DNA of 64,000 nucleotides, taken from assembly GCF_009914755.1 (NCBI RefSeq), contig NC_060930.1; one strand, written 5' to 3'. The translations under genes and the position numbers were made by a program. The notes under the pieces are model-generated. The model saw only the letters and a list, made by a program, of their open reading frames with translations, searched no databases and was not told where the DNA came from. Source of the DNA: the human T2T-CHM13v2.0 reference genome, Homo sapiens. Positions 28,327-43,183 of the stretch are shown in pieces (position 1 is the stretch's first letter; every line of letters begins with the position of its first letter).

Positions 28327-30667
28327 ATGTAACTTGGAAATGAGGTGGGAAGCACCAATTGAACATGAAGGCCTAAAAGGTCTTTTCCCTCTTCCCAGAG
28401 AATAAATGAATTGTATGTGGAATCTAAACAAAGCCACAAATTTTTAAGTTAGAATTAGAACAAACTGCCTCAAAAACAGAATAACTATCCTATCGACCAA
28501 ATTACTTACACTTAAAGACTTCCAAAAATATCAATAATTTACTGAAAGCTAAGATGCAAAGCAAGTTCATGTGTGAAGTGAAAAAAATTATTTAGTGTGA
28601 CAAAAGTTGTCTCCTTAGAGACACTTTATTCCTATTTTAAAACCATGATAATGAATACAGAGCAAGGAAATAATTCATATCTTATTATGATGGGTGTTTT
28701 TAATATGCTTTGAAAATATACTGAAATGCTTAGAAAAATCCAAACATTGGTCTTGTCATGGAAAAAAGAATTCCCACAGAATTTGGCAGTCCTAGATAGG
28801 CCAGCCCTAATGCACAAACACATACATCTTTAATTTTAGAAATATCAATGTGACCCAAATTCTAGGGGAACCAATGCAAATATTCAACAAGTCTATTTGA
28901 TACCTGATCATCTACATAAAGTTCCTAGATTAAAATCCAGGAAGAGTTACCCAAGTTGCCCTCACCTTGCATGATCCATGCAAGGAAATGGGCAGACATC
29001 CCACGTGTTAAGGAGATATGTCTGGGAAGTCCGTGTTGAAACAAGGCTCTGGGAAAATCTGAAGCAAAAGTCTGTCTGCGGCTGCTTGAGCAGTCACAAT
29101 CCTCACTTAGAAGCCCAAGCTTGGGCTCTTACTTGAGAGTTCCAAGGTGGGAGGCCAGGAAAGGAGGGCTGCACTGGAGGGCCCTGGTGGTCATCTCCGG
29201 CAGCTGCCTCACTTTACACAAGAAAACTACATCCCAGAGAAGCAGAAGGACTTTCCCTAATGTTGTCTAAATTTTCTGCTCTAAGGTACACTTCTGGTCA
29301 GCAAGAAGCCCGATTTTCAAAAGATACACTATGCCCCATGTTTTCAGGGCCATGCACTCTGAGCGGGTCGAGGGCAGGCCTCTTTCGAGGGTCCTCAGGA
29401 CCGTCCAAGATGGCTCAGCTGCCTCTCCTTCTGCCTCCAGGTGGAGACCTAGACTGAGATGCCAGCTCAGTTCTGGAGCTGCAAGAACTGAAGACCAAAG
29501 CAAACAGCTGGAGTAACAGAGGGATGGAGAGGTCAGGGGCCTGAGACATGGCCTGGCTGAGGGCTGGTGCTGTGGAGATGTGTGTTAAATGTTGAGTAAA
29601 AATCTCCTATTTGTCCTCTCCCACGATGCCATGTGACAAGACCCACCACACAGCTGTCCATGAGCGCTGTGCCCCTCAGATGACTCCTGGTATTCTTCGT
29701 CCTCTGGCTCCCTCAGATTTATAGTATTGTCAGAATAAAAGTGATGAATCCAGTTCAGAAGACAGCCTCCATCCCATCAGAATTCTGAACGCGGAGATCT
29801 TGACTACGGCTGGGAAATATGCACAGAAGATGGGGCAAGCACAGGCTGGCAGCCCGACAGAGCTGTGCTTCAGAGCTCAAGATTGATGAGATCAATTTTG
29901 AAGCCTTTCTGCCTTCATTTTTAAGAGTATAGATGTCACCGAATTTTTTTTTTTTTTTGCCTCTGAGCCTCATGTTTCAAACTCCATCCTTCCACAGTTA
30001 TCACAGGCATCATTTTCTATAACCCATAGAAAATGAGTTGTTTTATGATAAAGTAGCATTTTAGAACGTGTGGTCCTACTGCAGGGCTAATTCAATTCAG
30101 TTGGTTGTTCAGGGAATAAAAACTTTAAGACAGTTATACTCAATAAATTCTTGAAATACCAGAAATCTAAGTTTATATTTTAGTATTAAATATATCAATA
30201 AAGCACTAAACCTATCAATAAGCATTAAAATGACTTGTCAATTTTTATATCATTGTTAAATTTATCAATAAACATGATATATTTTAATATATCAGTCTTC
30301 TAGAAAAGGGAGTCAAAAGGTTCCAGCTAACAGACCCCTGGAAGGCAGGAGCCAGGTCTAGCTCTCACCACCGAATCCCCAGTGGCCAACCCAGTAGCTG
30401 CCATGTAGACGCTTGTGGGATAAAGGCACAGACAGGGGACAAAATGGAACAGAAAGGGCATTTTCTAATCACCCTCCAAATCAATTTCCACTTGATCTAA
30501 CCAAAGAGCCTATTTTGAAGGTTTAAATATTTCATCTCCTGAATATGATATGATGTAGGGTTTTATCCAAATTTGTCTTTTAAAGCTTCCTTCATCTAGT
30601 GCATCGTTATAAACAAGAGCATAAGAACAGTCCAGCAGGAACAAATGTCATCACCCACACTGCTCAC

Positions 30668-30812
30668 CTGCCATGTCGATGGCAAAAGGCCTGTCTGCTC
30701 TCCAGCCGGTGTACCAGCCAACAACTTTGCCGTTTTCCACCAGCGGACGTTCGTAGCGCCGCCCACCAACCAGGCCCACAGGCCAGACGGAGACCTTGCG
30801 GGTGGTTCGCAT
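30668..30812 (-). CDS. B3GAT2: Internal coding exon (exon 2) of beta-1,3-glucuronyltransferase 2 (GlcAT-S), GT43 catalytic domain
   Basis: Minus strand reads cttttccctttttatag|ATGCGAACC...GACATGGCAG|gtgagca, with canonical AG/GT sites. 145 bp, phase 0 to phase 1. Translates to [48 protein letters not shown](G), including the GT43 motifs WPVGLVGG and RPFAIDMAG. CpG-rich relative to flanks. Confidence 0.96.
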
Positions 30813-31970
30813 CTATAAAAAGGGAAAAGACATGTGTTTTAAGTTTCCTTAGGAAAAAGAGGGAGGAAATGAATGTGATCTATGTAGAAGAAGTAGGGCT
30901 GGTAGTGGTGTAAGATTTCAAAAGCTGAAGGTTTCAAAACAGAATCCTTCTGCTGCTAGAGTATGGCCCCCATCTGTTAGGCTGGCTGCTGTGCCATGAT
31001 CTCTACTCGGTCATAAATTGGGCTAGGGCTCAAGGTTTAGGAGAAATAAAATGGTTGTCAATATCTGGACATCGCTGATTTGAAGCTAAGTTGCAACTAT
31101 CAGATATTTTCCTATTTGTTTCAAAGTTGAATCTTTAAACAATACTTCTATCTTCCGAGGTGAGAAAGTTTAATTCCCCTTTAGGAAACTTCATTACTCA
31201 GGAAGAACAAAAACTTCAGAGAAGTCACAGGAGCGTCCTTTCTCTGACTTTTCTATTGCTATACATACACAGAATTCTTGGCTGGGGACATTAATAATGG
31301 GATCCAGATACAGACCTGAACCTGGCTTCTTCCAGAGTGATAAAAAGAAACACATACCCTAAACATTTGCCTGCCTTTTAAGGGCAATTGGGCCAAACTA
31401 GAGACCGTTGGAATCGCTTGTCCTTGTTACACACAGTGGAATCCTGGTTAAACATGACGCTCAACTGAAAGTTACTAGCTGGATTTCTTTAAGGGGAAAG
31501 AGATGCCCACAAGAAAGCTTGCTGATATTAGGCAGCACTGTAGGAGAAAATCGCTACCACCACCTTTTTCCAGGGCTCATGCTGAACAGCTCAAAAGGCA
31601 TCTTAGCATAAACTAGAAAAAGGTGCCCCTTTCTCGGGCAGACACACCCCATGCTGGAGCCCATAGCTTGGCAAAGTACAAGCTGGACTTAAGCTCCACG
31701 CACCCTCACAGCTGGGTGTGCCTTGGACGAGGTATAACCTGCACAACTGCATGAGGTGGTCTTGTTGTTGAGGTAATTATAATTTCAACAGCAGTGCTTT
31801 ATCTTTTATTTGCTATAGAACTGAACTGGGTCATAATCAGTTAACCAGTGGTTAAATAATGAACATCAACCAAGGAATTTTTTATGAAAGGAAAAAAATG
31901 ATATACCTTGGAAAGATTTTCAAATACAATAGAAATGAAAGTCACAATATTAAAGAGTAAAAATAATTAG

Positions 31971-32216
<246 letters not shown>

Positions 32217-32411
32217 TTCCAAAGAGGGGATTTAAGGGTATGAAGCATTCCAGGTAATGAGGTTCTCACTGCATTGGTCTGCCTCAAATCTAAAGTTACT
32301 ATTTTTTATAATCTCTTATCATTTTTTCAATAAATGAACTGCAACTGTCTTGTGCTAACTCACACTAACTTTTACAACTTTTTTTTTTTTTAACAAGCTG
32401 AGGTATAAGTG

Positions 32412-32935
32412 ACTGCAGAAAAGTGTTAACAAGCCTGAGACTTTATCTAAAGCCTTATCTTTAGAAAGGTCTGCTTGCAAGGCTTGCCCTTGGCTAGTGT
32501 CCGGGAACACAGCTTTTGAAACATTTCCTACCCTTATAAGGTTATTTTATCTGTCTGGGGCACTGAACAACTGCTTTCCTTTCAGGAATATGAAATATTG
32601 GTGGGCAAGAGTGCCTATGTGACAAGCCCTGAACAAAAACCCTGAACTCTTGAATCTTAAGTGGGTTTCCCTGGGTATAATCATTGTACGCCTGTGACTA
32701 CATTTTCACTACTGGAGAGGTGGTATGCTGTGTGTGATCTCAGAGGGAGGGAGGGAACACAGAAAACCCACACATGGATTCCTCTGGACCCTGCCTGATG
32801 TCATTTCCCCTTACTGATCCACCTGTGTATCCTTCTACGTCAGTGTAATAAGTCTTAGCCCTAAGAACGACTATATGCTGAGTGCTACAGGTCCTAGTAA
32901 ACCACCAAACAGGGTTGTCTTGGGATCCCTGAAAT
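32412..32935 (+). mobile_element. ERVL-type solo LTR (MER68/MER77 family)
   Basis: Starts tgcagaaaagtgttaac...ttagaaaggtctgcttgcaaggcttgcccttggct; ends gactatatgctgagt...gtcttgggatccctgaaata. Confidence 0.7.
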
Positions 32936-33998
32936 ACTAATATAGAATAAAATGCGCTTTTTAAAGTCTAAAATTAGACACATTTTGACATATGTATATA
33001 GCCATGAAGCCATCACCACAATGAATATAATTAACACACCCAGCACCCCCAAAAATTTCCTTGTGCTTTTAATCCATTTCTCCAATCCCTTTTTATATCA
33101 CCCATCGCCAGGAAACCCCAATCTCCTTTCTATAACTATACATTAGTTTGCATCCTCTAGAATTTTGTATGAATGTAATAATTCAGCATGTGGGGTGTAT
33201 GTGAATGTGTGTATGTGTAAATATAGCTTCTTTCATTTGGCATAGTTATAAAGAGATTCATCTACTTGTAATGTACATTAATAGTTCCCTCCTTTATTTT
33301 ACTGGATGGTATTCTATTGCGTAGTTCATACCACAGTTTACACATTCACCTGCTGAGGGACATTTGGGTTGTTTCAAGCTTTTGGCTATTACAGATGAAG
33401 CTGCTACAAACTAAATACGTGTTTACAAGTTTATGCGAATTTCTTTCTCTTTTTTTTAAGATAAATACATAGAAGTGGAATGGCTGGATCATGCACTAGG
33501 TATACATTTAACTTTTTCAGAAACTGTCAGATTATTTTCCAAAGTGCTTCTGCCATTTTACATTCTCATCAGCAGTGTAAGAGACGTCTAGTTCCTCCAC
33601 ATCCTCACCAACACTTGGTATTGTCGATCTTCAATTTCAGTAATTCTAATACATACTACTAATAGTGGTATCCCATTATAGTTTTAATTTGCATTATTTT
33701 AATGACTAATATGCTTACTGCTATCTGTATCTCTTCCTTGGCAAAAAGTCAGTTCAAATCTTTCGCACATTCAAAAAAAAAAAGGTTTTCTTACTATTGA
33801 CTTTTGAGAGTTATTTATATATTCTGCACACAAATCTTTTATATGATGTATAAATATTTTCTCCCACTCCGTGGCTCATCTTTTCATTCTTATAACAGTG
33901 TCTTTTGAAAAACAGAAGTTTTAATCTTAATGAAGTCCAATTCATCTATTTGTTATTTTATGGATCATGCTTTTGATGTTCTACTTAAAATATTTTTG

Positions 33999-34215
33999 TG
34001 GCTCTGCACGGTGGCTCATGCCTGTAATTCCAGCACACTTTGGGAGGTCGAGGTGGGCGGATCACTTGAGGTCAGGAGTTCGAGACCAGCCTGGCCAACA
34101 TGGTGAAACCCCGTCTCTACTAAAAATACAAAAATTAGCCAGGTGTGGTGGGGAACACCTGTAACAACAGCTATTCAGGAGGGTGAGGCATGAGAACTGC
34201 TTGAAAAAAAAAAAA
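33999..34215 (+). mobile_element. AluS truncated at its 3' end, followed by A-tract and (TA)n
   Basis: Alu sequence stops at gagaactgcttga in the middle of the right arm. Confidence 0.88.
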
Positions 34216-35338
34216 ATATATATATATATATATATTTGCCTAATTCAAGGTTACAAGGGTTTTCTCCTCCTTTCTACAAGTATTATAGTTTTAGGTAATA
34301 TATTTAGACTATGATCCATTTTCAGTTAATTTTTATATATGGTATGAGGAACTGATTGAAGTTCTTTTCTTTTTTTGTATATGGATAACTAATTGTTCCA
34401 ACTATATCTAATTGTCCTGGAACAACTGAGCCGCCATTACAACTTTTTCAAAAATCAGCTATGCATATATGTATGGGTTTATTTCTGGATGCTCTAATCT
34501 GGTCCATTGGTCTCTTCAGTGATCTTAATACCAATGCCACAATATCCTGATTTACCATAGCTTTATAATAAGTCTTATAATCAGATAGTATTACTCCTCC
34601 AACTTTATCCTTCATTTTCAAGGTTGTTTTGACTGTTATAGATCCTTTTTATTTCCACATGAATTTCAGAGTCAGTTGGTCAATTTCAGCAAATTCCGAT
34701 AGAGATTGCATTGAATCTATATATTAATTTGGTGACATCTTAACAATATTGAGTTTTCTAGCCCATAAACATGATCTCTCTACATTTATTTAGGTCTTTA
34801 ATTTCTCCCAGCAATGTTTTGATGATTTAATTCTTGAATCAATATTAACATTTAATGCTTTTGTATCCTAGATCTTCCCCATAGGTGGGACAAAAACCCA
34901 GGAAATTTACTAAAATTTTCATAAAAATATAGTCCCCCCCACCTCCCCAACTCACTCCAGCTTCAGACTCCTCTTTCCTGACATACTCAGAAAGTAAAAA
35001 TATTTCAAATTTTTGGCCTTAGATGTTAAACATGGCAAACACAGAGAAACCAGGTTAAACCTAATACATACTTTTAAAAAATTAACAGAATGGCTTTATA
35101 TATAAGGCAATAACAATAGTACTGTGGGTTTTTGGGTAAGATAATCTTCTTAAAATGGCCATGATTTTTCAGCTCCTAAACTGCTTTTGCCCAGAACGCT
35201 AAATATTCAAATCTGTGAAAAACTGGTGGGCAGACCCCATCTGACACCTCTGTGCTCCCTTAAGAATGTATAAGATTGTGCCCTGCACACAGCAGGTATT
35301 AAACAACTCTTGGCAAGTGTTTAAATACTAATTAGTCA

Positions 35339-35683
<345 letters not shown>

Positions 35684-36953
35684 TTAAAAAAGGAAAAGAG
35701 AAATTGCCATTAAAGGGAATTAAAAAGAATAATAAACTATACCTGTGGGACCACTAGAACAATTAAATATGGCCACAGAAATTCAGCATGTTTTGCATTA
35801 GACTTTTCATTTAAGCTGGGTCATGAAAGGTATATAGGGTTTTGTCCACAGAATACAGAATGGCCTCAGGTTCTAGGTAACCAGATGAATCAAAGAAGCA
35901 AAACTTTGCATGCATTCCTGTGCCAATTTCATGCTAGAAAATGTAGGTTTTGCTTAGCACACTCCAAATTACTGAGAGCAGCTCAGAGCTAACATTTGTT
36001 CATGCTTTATTTTTCTAGAGGCTGGGTGTTAAAGGTGAGGCAATGATTATTTAAATGCAGATGACGTGGCGGGATGATGTTTCCAGGTATGCTACATTTT
36101 AAAAAGTTTGTCATATAATTAGTTTAAAAACTCAAACAGATCCAGATGCCCTCACCATCTATGCCCTGCTGAAATTCCATGCAGAATGCTTCATCACAGA
36201 ATTAGCCCCTCTATCCTCGACCACTGTACTATATAGAGTGTGCCAGACATTTCAAAGGAAAACGGCACAGCTATTTACAGAACTTCTTCATTTCACTCCT
36301 GGGATCTGTCCTTTGTTCTGTGTCATTTTCACTCAATCTATGCTCTTTGAGGATTCCTTAACAGCCCTGTTATTTTCTGAGGGGTAGGGGGAATGTAACA
36401 ACAACAGTGACTACTAAAAGTATCTTCATGTAACTAAAATATTCTCAGTATTTAAAAGCTTTGCTACTTTCTCAACATGAAATAGCAGTTACATAACAAA
36501 CACAATCTCAGGTGTCTGGTGTGAACTCCAATCTAAAACAGAGCATTAAAGCAATGGATATTATGATAAAGGGGCAGCAATTCATGTATTTATAGGAGTT
36601 ATAATATTACAAACAGTTCTGGCCCCCAAAAGCACTCTCTTCCCATTTATTCAATGCCAAAGTCATATTCTGTGGTTTATTCCTCCTGTGATAACCTCCA
36701 GCTAAATGGACAGGGCTTGCATAGCAATGTTAATCAACCAAACTCACAGCCAGAGTAATCTCCATAGACCCAATGGCTACAAAGGACACACAAGATATAT
36801 TTGGTGCATGTGCACACTCCTCCAGGCTGAATGCCATTTAAACTATTCCAGGGTAGTGGTGCTTGTTCATCACGTTGTCATCTTCTCCAGGAAAGGAGGG
36901 AGGCAGGTGACTACCATGCACTCCAGTCTGGTGGCCCTTAACAACAACCGGCT

Positions 36954-37143
36954 CTTTTTTTTTTTTTGAGTCAGGGTCTCCTCTGTCACCCAGGCTGGAA
37001 GTACTCACTGCAGCCCCCAACTCCTGGGATCAAGTGATCCTCCCACCTCAGCCTTCTGAGTAGCTAAGATTACAGGCATGCCATGCCAGGACAGCTTTTT
37101 AAATTTTCTATAGAGTTGGGGTCTCACTATGTTGCCCTGGCTG
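36954..37143 (-). mobile_element. Partially deleted AluJ
   Basis: gagtcagggtctcctctgtcacccaggctgg...caagtgatcctcccacctcagcc. Confidence 0.8.
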
Positions 37144-37784
37144 GCAGCTCCTGTTTCTTTAGCCAGCTTTTCTTTCTGCAGCTTTCTGCTACGTTCTTTT
37201 CGACCCTCCTTGGGAGATGGCTAACAGCCAGCTCCAGGGACTGGAACACTCAGAAGATCACATTCAGGCAATCATCAGAATGCCCTTAGAGCAAAACAGA
37301 AAAAGTTAAATGTCTTTAGCTTCCTTGAAGACATGCCACTAGTTAAAATCTTGTTTTATTTTTTCCAAAGGGAAATGAATAAAGTTATCGATCTTCTGAA
37401 ATTTAAAATGCTATAGGCAACTTCAAGAAAGTGGAGTTACAATAAAAAATGTGACACTCTGTATCCTGTTTTTTTAAACTAACAATTTCAGTAGCAAAAA
37501 GTAAACGAAACCCATCAAATCCAATGGGACCCATGAACTAAGAACACAAAGGAAAGGGCAGTGCAAATATGATGAAGATTTGAACACAGAGGTGATTTGG
37601 AAGCAAGGATTCTTTCCATTTTTATTGTCCCTAAACGTGATTTTCCAAAACAAAACGATATTTATATGATCAAATACACCTATAACTTTCCTTTGGAACA
37701 AGCTTGAAAATGAACATAAAGTCTGCTTTTCTTCCTCTTTATTGCATCCCCCTCCTAATGATTTCACCATCCATCTTGGCTAGA

Positions 37785-38130
37785 TGATTAAGGGTAACAT
37801 CGATAGTCATAAATCGTGTTGATAGTATGTACCCTTGCTATGATGTGATGGGAATGACACTTAACCTCTGTGGCATTTTCTAATGCCATTCTCTTATAAA
37901 AGAAACCAGGGATTCTTAGAGAAATGGCTGATTCTAGGACTGGGATGGGAAATACACAAGATAAGCCTGGAGGAGCCAGAAAGGAAAGAAGCATTCAAAT
38001 AAGACAAAAAACCGAACAAACCCACATTGGTGTGTGTGTCAAAGGGACATAGCCAATTGAAACAGCTCCTAGTGGACAAAGCTGGAATAATTTGAGCAAC
38101 AAAATAAATAATGGTGAATTTGTGTACATT
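37785..38130 (+). mobile_element. L1MC3/4-like 3' fragments
   Basis: aaaagaaaccagggattcttagagaaatggctgattctagg. Confidence 0.6.
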
Positions 38131-38679
38131 TGACATGATGTTATGAAAGTGGCGTAGAGTGGCTGTGCCCCTCTCAGCAGTGCCAGCCCTCCCCCGTTTG
38201 CCACAGTGTCCCCATCATTCCCCACTGCAGTCTCAATGCTGAGTCTGCATGCCAATCACCATTCATTAACCAGCTGATGCTGTCATGGGAGATACTGTAT
38301 TCCTCTCTTTGAAGTGGGAAACTGAAAAACAGATCAAATGGGCCACGCATTTCAAAAATGTATGGAGGCAGTATTGTTCTATGTATGAAAACAGGGAATG
38401 TTCCTAAATATTTAGTGTGAAAAGTATGTGTATAAAGATATCATTAGAAATAAACCATAATAAGAACCATGAGACATGTGAGAAAGGGACATGACTCAAA
38501 ACATTAATAAATGAAAATGAACCACGTTGAAATTTTAGCCCGTTAGATTTTAATATAAATAAAGTAATACTGCTTATACAAGAACAGCTTCACTTAATTA
38601 TGTTACTTGCTTTAGGTCATATGTATTTGTGAATTCTGGTATGGACTGTCTAGGAGGGGCCTGACTGGGCTCTGCTTAT

Positions 38680-39161
38680 TATAAAGCTATATAAATCAAG
38701 ACAATGTGGCATTAGTGTAAGGATAAATATATAGATAAATGGAAGAGACTAGAGAATTTAGAAATAGTTCCTCCTACATATAGTCAGTCGATTTCTGGCT
38801 AAGATGCCAAGGCAGTTCAATGGGGGAAAAGGACAGTCTCTTCAGCAATCAGGGCTGGAATGAATGGACATCCATGCTAAAAAAAAAAAGTAGATGTGGA
38901 GAAAGAGGGACCCTTGTACATGGTTGGTAGAAATGTAAATTGGCATAGCCATTGTAGAGAACAGTATGGAGGCTCTTCAAAATATTAAAAATAGAGCTAC
39001 CAAATGATGCAGCAATTCCATTATTGAACATATATATCCAAAGGATATGAAATCAGTATGTCAAAGAGAATGCCCATGTTTATTGCAGCACTATTCACAA
39101 TAGCCAAGATACAAAATCAACCTAAGTGCCTATCAACAGATGAATGGATTAAGAAAATGGG

Positions 39162-39226
<65 letters not shown>

Positions 39227-41600
39227 CACATAAACACAATAGGGTACTATTCTGCCTTAGAAAAGAAGGAAATCCTGTAATTTGCAACAACATAAAAAAA
39301 CTGGGAAGACATTACGCTAAGTAAAATTCACCAGGCTAAGAAACACAAATACCAATGGTCTCACTGATAAATGGAATCTTAAAAAGTCAAACTCATAGAA
39401 ACAGAAAGTAAAATGGTGGTATCAGAGGTTGGACAGGGAGTGAGGGGTGGCAGGGGGGCTGGTGGTCAAAGGACAAATTTTTACTTAGAAGGAATAAGTT
39501 CAAGAGATCTATTGTATATCATGGTGACTATAGTTAATATATTATATAGTTAAAAATTGCTGAGACAGATTTTTAAGTGTTCTTATCACAAAAAAATGAT
39601 AACCATGTGAGGTAATATGTATTCCACAATGTATACATGTATCAAATCATCATGTTATACAATATAAATATATACCATTTTTATTAACTAAAAAATTAAA
39701 AAAGAAAGAAAAAGAACAACACCTATATCTCACAAAATTCATAAAAATTAAATTAAAATGGGACCATGAACCCAAACACAAAAGCTAAAGTTTTTAAGTT
39801 TACAAACTTCTAGAAGAAAATACAGGAGAAAATCTTTGAGGTCTTAGGGTAGGCAAAACTTCCTTAAACACGACATAAATAATAGGAACCTTAAATAAAT
39901 CTATAAATTGGACTTCATCAAAATTAAAATTTTCTACTCTCCAAAAGATACTATTAGGAAAATTTTTAAAGTAATCTGTAGACTGGGAGAACATATCCTA
40001 ATACATACATCTGACAAAACACTAGTATTCAGAATGCATAGAACTTCATAGCTCAAGAAAAAAGACAACCCAATTAAAAAAGTCAGTGAAAGATATGAAT
40101 GGACATTTCATCAAGATATATGAATGACCAATTATCACACAAAAAGATGCTCTGTGTCATCACCCATTACAGAAATGGAAATTAAAACCACAATAAAATT
40201 AAAATTTCAGAAATTAAACAAAATTAAAAAACAGAAATTAAAGCCACTACTGACCCACCAGAATGGCTAAAATGAAAAGATTGGCAATACCAAGAGTTGA
40301 TGACAATGTGGAATAATTAGGTCTCATATACATTCTTGGTGGTAGTAAAAAATGGTAACAACTACTTGGGAAAAAAAATTGGTAGTTTCCTATAAAGTTA
40401 AAAAACATGACACAGCAATTCCTTTCCTAGGTATTTACTGCAGAGAAATGAAAGCTCATGTCCATACAAAACCTTGTGCCTGAATGTTCAAACAGCTTCA
40501 CTCATAATATCCATAAGCTGGAAATGGTCCAAATGTTCATCAACTTGTAAATAGATAAACAAATAGATAAGCAAAACATACATACAATGGACTGCTATTC
40601 AGTAAGAGACAGTAATGAATAATTGGTATGCATAATACCATGTACCAATTTCCAAAACATAATGCTGAGTAAAAGTAGCCAGAGAAAAGGCCTCATATAG
40701 TGTTATTCCACTTACATGAAATTCTAGAATAGGTACACTAATCTACAGTGACACAAAGCAGGTCAGAGGCTGAAAGAGGGCTGACTGCAAAAGGTCATAG
40801 GTGACAGGGTGACAGTTCAGGGTATATGAATTTGCTAACATGAAGCAAACTCAGCACTTCAAATGAGTACACTTTCGTTTAGGTAAACTATACCTCAAGA
40901 AAGGTAATTCAAAATAAAAACAAAATAATTAGGTGGTTTCAATATGAACTCACGATTAAAGAGCCTAGAAAAATTAACACCCCAGTAGCAGTAAAACACA
41001 AACACCCAACTCTTGGTTTGTAAATATTATTTTCCACTAAAGGGAAACAGGTCTCCTTGGAGAAGAGGCTGATTTCAGGTCTGACACACGTCCAGAGTAC
41101 TGAAAGTACGAGATAAGCCTAAGATATCTTGGGCCAAAAACGCCAAGAAGTGCTCAAAGCTAAACAAGGACAAGTTCAATGAAGACAGAAGCTGGTCTGA
41201 AGGGTTCCTGGCCAATCTGTGAACGATTTTAAATATCAGAAAGAATGACATCGATGGATTAAAACACATGGTGAGAAAAACTGACCCATAAGTCTATAAT
41301 TACAGGGGGTGTGTGTAGCTATTCTTGGGTAAAAGTTATTGGAAAACAAAATATTCTCATTGTCTCAAGGTATCACCCCTGGGGTTACTTGTTAATTACA
41401 GGAGGAAAATGTGCCTTCACAATAAGAGGTATGGCAGTCACTCCCTTGGCCAAGTGGTCAAGTTTGGCATCACCATAAAAAAAAATGACCTGGCAATATA
41501 TGCTGCTTCATTGGATGCAAAGAGGAAGACAATATAACCTATGTGGTGTCCTTGACAAAGAGGTTCAGACTAAATATAGTTATCAGGAAACAAATAAAGG
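38680..41600 (+). mobile_element. Nested old L1 3' ends (L1MA-like at about 38890-39715 inside L1MC/MD-like sequence)
   Basis: PMFIAALFTIAKIQNQPKCLSTDEWIKKM remnant; several successive L1 3' termini. Confidence 0.78.
39162..39231. repeat. Compound (TA)n(CA)n(TA)n microsatellite
   Basis: Direct observation. Confidence 0.95.
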
Positions 41601-42433
41601 TTGGGGAAACTAAACTGCCAAATGCAATTTTGTCTTTGTGTGAACTTATCATAGCCAAATCTATGAGCTATTTAAATTTCTATTTTCCCCAAGGTTTCCA
41701 GGAAAGCAGCAACTGCTGTAGAATAGAACCACAGCTAGGAGTATAATTATTGTGTATAGTGGTGTAATTATGATGATGCTGCTGAGGAAACGCAAGAGTT
41801 ACTGCTTTGGAAGTCCCCCTAACCACAGGAGCCACCAATGTTAAAATGCATTCCTTCTGGAAAAGTCAAATGAGCTTTGTCTATTTCACTATCCCTTGCA
41901 TAGATCTGTATACTTCAGTAAAATGTGATGTTTATTGAAAATACAAATATAATTGCCAATGACTATGTTAATCTTTATCTGGATATCAAAAGGAAAACTT
42001 AATACAAAATTAAATTATACTTAGGTTTGCACAAAACTGCTGCAGATTAGCATGTCTAATGTACTCCGATAACCTACGTTTTTGCCCCTTTTAAAATTGG
42101 ATTATTTGCTACATATATTCCCCAAAATGGGTTTCAAGGGTCCCGAGTTCTTTAATGGCAGACAGCATGTTGCTCGCCTCTGTGGCAGTGTGTCCAACAG
42201 GTAACAGAAGGTTTGTGTAGCTGTATAGTCCACTTGGCATGGGGATCTGCAGCTTTTTGTAACATAGGATAGCTGGTATCATTATCCACTAGTCTTTTCA
42301 TGTAATAGGCAAACTCAGATACAAAGGAGCTACTCTACATCTCAAAAAAGGAATAAATTAACATAACTGACTTGAAAGCATAATAATACTTTTTCTTCTT
42401 AAAAAAATATGGTCCCGGAATGTCTCCTGGCAC

Positions 42434-42474
42434 TGTGTGTGTGTGTGTGTATGTGTGTGTGTGTGCAGTGTGTG
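42434..42474. repeat. Interrupted (TG)n microsatellite
   Basis: Direct observation. Confidence 0.9.
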
Positions 42475-42890
42475 TAGAGAGAGAGGGACTGGGGCATGTA
42501 TTGGATTGTTCAACTATTTATCTTCACTACATAAAAGGGAGCTGAGTTCACTACAGGAATGGTTGCCTTGGCCACACTCAATCTATTTTCCCAAATGAGT
42601 TCTAACCCAAAGACCTCTGCTCTAGTTTACTTAATACCATGATAATGTGAGGAAATTTAAACTGCTTCATTTCTCTTTCTTAATTTTTCCACACGAAAAC
42701 CAACGATCTATCTCCTATTCTTCTCACGGAGAATGGGGGAAAAGAAGTCTCTAAAGCACTTAGACATTCTTAAAAGATGTTATTAACCATGCAGTTTCAA
42801 AATTAGGTACTATTCCAGCACATTACAGTGATCGTACACCCCTATACTCTACCACGACCACACACATACCTAGAGCATTCTCTCATAGCA

Positions 42891-43183
42891 ATTTTTTTTT
42901 AAGACAGAGTCTCACTCTGTCACCCAGACTGGAGTTCAGTGGCATGATCACAGCTCACTGCAAGCTTGACCTCCTCCTGGGCTCAAGCAATCCTCCTGCC
43001 TCAGCCTCCCAGCTAGCTGGGGACTGCAGGCGTGCACCACCACTCTCAGCTAATTTTTTATTTTTTGTAGATACAGGGCTTTACTAGATTTCCCAGGCTG
43101 GTCTCAAACTCCTGGGCTCAAGCAATCCTCCTGCCTTGGCCACCTAAAGTGCTGATTATAGGCATGAGCCACTGCACCCAGCC
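42891..43183 (-). mobile_element. AluJ
   Basis: Dimer with ctcctgggctcaagcaatcctcctgcc in both arms; TSD-like atagcaa. Confidence 0.9.

Larger units (their letters stand above)
32378..34830 (-). mobile_element. Old L1MC/MD-like 3' portion
   Basis: Reverse-strand L1 3'UTR and ORF2 end, e.g. ttcctccacatcctcaccaacacttggtattgtc. Confidence 0.8.

Noticed and set aside
30599-30913. 104-aa plus-strand ORF overlapping the exon
   Set aside because: GTG start; antisense shadow of the GC-rich B3GAT2 exon; no recognisable protein.
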